Positions 49,786 through 52,734 of a stretch of DNA of 52,734 bases are shown one piece after another (the stretch's first letter is position 1; each line of letters starts with the position of its first letter). The stretch is taken from positions 1 to 52,734 of the forward strand of contig JBBSYO010000020.1 in NCBI GenBank assembly GCA_038045185.1, given 5' to 3'. Under the pieces are notes generated by a model that had not been told where the DNA came from, did no database searches, and saw only the letters and a list, made by a program, of their open reading frames with translations. The DNA comes from Nanobdellota archaeon. GTDB taxonomy: Archaea; Nanobdellota; Nanobdellia; Pacearchaeales; GW2011-AR1. Made by a program: the position numbers and the translations under genes.

Positions 49786-50754
49786 ATGACGCAGACCGAC
49801 ATATGGACCGAAAGGTATCGACCATCAACTTTTGAAGAAGTGGTTGGACAGCAGGAGATTGTAAAACGCGTGCGCTCACTCGTGCAGTCGATTAACATAC
49901 CCCATCTCTTATTCGCAGGTCCAGCCGGAACAGGAAAATCAACGCTTGCGCTTATCATCGTGCATGAATTATTCGGTGACACCTGGAAACAAAACTATCT
50001 GGAACTGAATGCGTCAGATGAACGAGGCATCGACGTCGTCAGACAAAAAGTCAAAGACTTCGCGCGCACCAAATCACTGGGCAACGTGCCATTCAAGGTA
50101 ATATTTCTCGATGAAGCAGATGCCCTCACAAGAGAAGCGCAGCAAGCACTAAGAAGAACAATGGAAAACTACACAAACACCTGTCGCTTTATTCTTTCAT
50201 GCAATTATTCAAGCCAGATTATCGACCCGATACAGTCACGATGCGTTGTGTTCAGATTCAAACTGCTCGAAAAAAAAGATATTGCCTCAGTCATAAAAAA
50301 AATCGGAGAAAAAGAGAAACTGAAGATAGCCGAGGATACGTATGAAGCTCTGTATGAATCCAGCGAAGGCGATTGCAGACGTGCCATTAATTTGATTCAG
50401 GCAACAGCTTCCATCTCCCCAGATGTCAACGCAGAAATGATAAACATCATTTCTTCACGCTCAAAACCAGCAAACATTCGCATTGTCCTAGACTATGCGC
50501 TCGCAGGTGACTTCATGAATGCACGCGAGAAACTCCTGGATGTTATGCTCAAGGAGAGCATTGCTGGAATAGATGTCATTAAAGCCATCCAGAAAGAGGT
50601 CTGGAACCTGCCGGTTGAGCCAGAACTAAAGCTAAAACTCACCGAAAAAACAGGCGAAATCGAATTCCGCATGGTTGAAGGCAGTGATGAATTCGTGCAG
50701 CTTCAGGCACTCCTCGCCTCATTCGTCATGGCAGGCCGCGGCAAGTCGCTCTAA
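49786..50754 (+). CDS. rfcS: replication factor C small subunit
   Basis: GPAGTGKST, IFLDEADALT, SRC motif (IQSRC). Confidence 0.9.
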   Translation: MTQTDIWTERYRPSTFEEVVGQQEIVKRVRSLVQSINIPHLLFAGPAGTGKSTLALIIVHELFGDTWKQNYLELNASDERGIDVVRQKVKDFARTKSLGNVPFKVIFLDEADALTREAQQALRRTMENYTNTCRFILSCNYSSQIIDPIQSRCVVFRFKLLEKKDIASVIKKIGEKEKLKIAEDTYEALYESSEGDCRRAINLIQATASISPDVNAEMINIISSRSKPANIRIVLDYALAGDFMNAREKLLDVMLKESIAGIDVIKAIQKEVWNLPVEPELKLKLTEKTGEIEFRMVEGSDEFVQLQALLASFVMAGRGKSL

Positions 50755-50755
50755 G

Positions 50756-51910
50756 ATGACCCTTGCAGAAAAACATCGTCCAAAGAAGTACGCAGATATG
50801 GTTGGCCACGAACAAGCTATCCAGGCAGTCAGGACATTTCTATCTGAATTTCCAAAGAAAAAAGCAATTCTCCTCTACGGTTCTCCAGGCACAGGGAAAA
50901 CATCTCTGGCACACGTAGCTGCACGCGAGAACAACGCAGAAATATTCGAATTAAACTCGTCAGACCTTCGCAATCGCATCAAGCTAGAGGAAATACTCAA
51001 ACCAGCTTCCAGACAAGAAAGCCTTTTCAAAAAAAATAAGATTCTCTTAGTGGATGAAGTCGACGGTGTTACTGGAACCGACATAGGAGGCATAGCCGAG
51101 CTCATACGCATAATAAACCAAACGTCCCATCCTATCATAATCACCGGCAACGACGTCTGGCAGACGAAACTCGCTCCTCTCCGACCGCTCTGCACGCTAG
51201 TTGAGATGAAATCACTAAAACTCGACACAATTCAAATATTTCTCGCAGGGATATGCGCAAAAGAAGGCATGCGAGAAAACCAGCATTTTCTTAGGCAGAT
51301 TGCCATAAAATCACAAGGAGACCTCAGAGCAGCGCTAAACGATCTTCAAGCATACACCATAGACAGTGATGCCCCCATAGACCCTGAAAAACGCAACAAG
51401 GAAGAAAGCATCTTCAACATTCTCAAGCTCCTCTTTCAGCAGAGGCAGGACTTTCTGCAGCTGTTTGATAACACCGAACTCTCACTCGATGAAATCCTGC
51501 TCTGGATAGAAGAAAACATTCCGCGCGAATACAAAGAAGAATCTCTCCTCAAGGCGTATTACGCTCTCAGCAACGCCGATATCCACCGCGGCCGCATCTA
51601 TCGCCAGCAACATTGGCGTTTCCTTCTTTACCAAAACATCTTCCAGAGTGCAGGCATCTCCTACGCCAAAAAAATACCCCGTTCCACATTCACCAAATAC
51701 GAACGTCCAAAGCGCGTGCTAAAAATCTGGATGAACAACCAGCGCACCGCCAAAAAGAAAACCATCGCCCAGAAATACGCCCGTGCTGTCCACTGCTCTG
51801 TCAAGCGAGTCATGCGCGACTTTGAGATTCTCAGACCTATTTTGCAAAGCACTCAAATCCAGCAAAAGCTCAAGCTCGAAGACGATGAAGTTGAGTTTTT
51901 GAAGAAATAG
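50756..51910 (+). CDS. rfcL: replication factor C large subunit
   Basis: Start at MTLAEKHRPKKYADMVGHEQ; GSPGTGKTS; LVDEVDG. The ORF-track start 50675 overlaps rfcS and is rejected. Confidence 0.85.
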   Translation: MTLAEKHRPKKYADMVGHEQAIQAVRTFLSEFPKKKAILLYGSPGTGKTSLAHVAARENNAEIFELNSSDLRNRIKLEEILKPASRQESLFKKNKILLVDEVDGVTGTDIGGIAELIRIINQTSHPIIITGNDVWQTKLAPLRPLCTLVEMKSLKLDTIQIFLAGICAKEGMRENQHFLRQIAIKSQGDLRAALNDLQAYTIDSDAPIDPEKRNKEESIFNILKLLFQQRQDFLQLFDNTELSLDEILLWIEENIPREYKEESLLKAYYALSNADIHRGRIYRQQHWRFLLYQNIFQSAGISYAKKIPRSTFTKYERPKRVLKIWMNNQRTAKKKTIAQKYARAVHCSVKRVMRDFEILRPILQSTQIQQKLKLEDDEVEFLKK

Positions 51911-51945
51911 CAATGTTTATATACTAATGATACTAAAGTATAACT

Positions 51946-52158
51946 GTGGCAATCGAAGTAAAACTAAAGCGATGGGGCAATTCAATGGCAGTTATAGTGC
52001 CAAATAGACTCATCGAAGATAGAAAGCTGAAAGAAAATGAAACTATCGTTATCGAAGTCGTTAAAAAAGCAGATATATCTCATACATTCGGCTCTATAAA
52101 AAGAAAATTATCTGGGCAGGAATTCAAAAATATGGTAAAAGAAGGATGGAACAAATAA
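51946..52158 (+). CDS. vapB: AbrB/SpoVT-type antitoxin (VapB/MazE-like)
   Basis: VKLKRWGNSMAVIVPNRLIED. Confidence 0.7.
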   Translation: MAIEVKLKRWGNSMAVIVPNRLIEDRKLKENETIVIEVVKKADISHTFGSIKRKLSGQEFKNMVKEGWNK

Positions 52159-52523
52159 AGACATTCTTCTTTGATAGTTACGCCTTTTATGAAATAATAG
52201 CCAAAAATCCAGATTACGAAAAGTACAAAAAAGACATTGCGATAATAACAACAAGATTAAACCTGATGGAATTACATTATGGATTGCTTAGAACAGAAGG
52301 CAAAGATAAAGCCGATAAAATATACGATGCATATCTGGAGTTCGCAATTGAGATTAACGATAGTGTTATAAAAAAGTCAAATCAATTTAGGCTTGAGAAC
52401 AAAGACAAAAAACTCTCATACGTAGACTGCATAGGATACACACTGGCAAAAGAAAACAACGCACGGTTCCTCACAGGAGACCAACAGTTTAAAGAAATGG
52501 AAAACGTAGAGTTTGTTAAGTAA
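52146..52523 (+). CDS. vapC: PIN-domain toxin VapC
   Basis: FFFDSYAFYEII N-terminal strand, YVDCIGYTLA, and C-terminal FLTGDQQF. Confidence 0.75.
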   Translation: MEQIKTFFFDSYAFYEIIAKNPDYEKYKKDIAIITTRLNLMELHYGLLRTEGKDKADKIYDAYLEFAIEINDSVIKKSNQFRLENKDKKLSYVDCIGYTLAKENNARFLTGDQQFKEMENVEFVK

Positions 52524-52680
52524 TCAAAAAGTCCTTGAGTTTTTTGTGTAGGACTTTTGGATGCTCAGAAATGCGGCGCCCTAAAGCTTCGGGAATTTCA
52601 TCTAATGAATTCCCGATAGTCGTCAAGAATACAACGTCAAGCATTCTTGAGAGGCGCGGTTTGAACCAGCATTTCTGACA
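52522..52680 (+). repeat. structured element E4 (short form with two extra hairpins)
   Basis: ATCAAAAAGTCCTTGAGT... AAAAGTCC/GGACTTTT hairpin. TCAGAAATGC...GCATTTCTGA enclosing the GGGAATT/GAATTCCC and CAAGAAT/ATTCTTG hairpins. Confidence 0.75.
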
Positions 52681-52734
52681 TCACTTCTTCGCCTTTTCAA
52701 ACAACTCATCAACACGCACCCAATTAACAACATT
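52681..52734 (-). CDS. 3' end of a gene continuing beyond the window
   Basis: Minus strand reads ...NVVNWVRVDELFEKAKK-stop. Confidence 0.3.
   Translation of the reverse strand, partial: NVVNWVRVDELFEKAKK

Noticed and set aside
50675-50755. ORF-track start of the RFC large subunit inside rfcS
   Set aside because: The extension overlaps the rfcS C-terminus in another frame. The conserved RFC-large N-terminus (MTLAEKHRPKKY) starts at 50756, right after the rfcS stop.

Overview
Archaeal chromosomal fragment. Evidence: ribosomal proteins eS31, eS24 and a 25-codon eL41, Spt4, Rpo7/RpoE', RFC small and large subunits, two-subunit archaeal PheRS, HisRS, UMP kinase, an intron-containing tRNA, and BRE/TATA-like boxes about 25-30 nt upstream of mostly leaderless starts. 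It probably comes from a small-genome uncultured lineage (DPANN-like; this is inference only). All calls were made by eye from motifs and the ORF track; no database search was run.

The window is a mosaic. The left ~20.5 kb is visibly AT-rich accessory DNA. It holds a dispersed type I R-M system (hsdR 1303-3642 on +; hsdS 6385-7695 and hsdM 10600-12036 on -) with unknown genes wedged between the subunits. It also holds radC, Fic, many TA-like modules, an orphan Cas4-like nuclease and an IS91-family transposase. The right ~32 kb is GC-richer core interrupted by short AT-rich cassettes: vapBC x2, MNT/HepT, two LAGLIDADG genes and others.

Most unusual signals:
1. A recurring architecture of [displaced 5' fragment of a target gene]-[cassette in the same orientation]-[intact target gene]. 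It is seen four-fold at radC, at tRNA-Thr and tRNA-Glu (LAGLIDADG cassettes), and possibly at a small structured RNA locus (vapBC cassette between perfect 70-bp direct repeats). No integrase is present in the window.
2. Six uncharacterised, translationally coupled genes inside the hsdM...hsdS operon.
3. A four-copy, same-orientation family of hairpin-modular structured elements whose stems show compensatory substitutions.
4. A 130-bp double-hairpin element present as inverted copies 12 kb apart.
5. Duplicated tRNA 3' ends (His, Pro).

No CRISPR array and no rRNA were seen.
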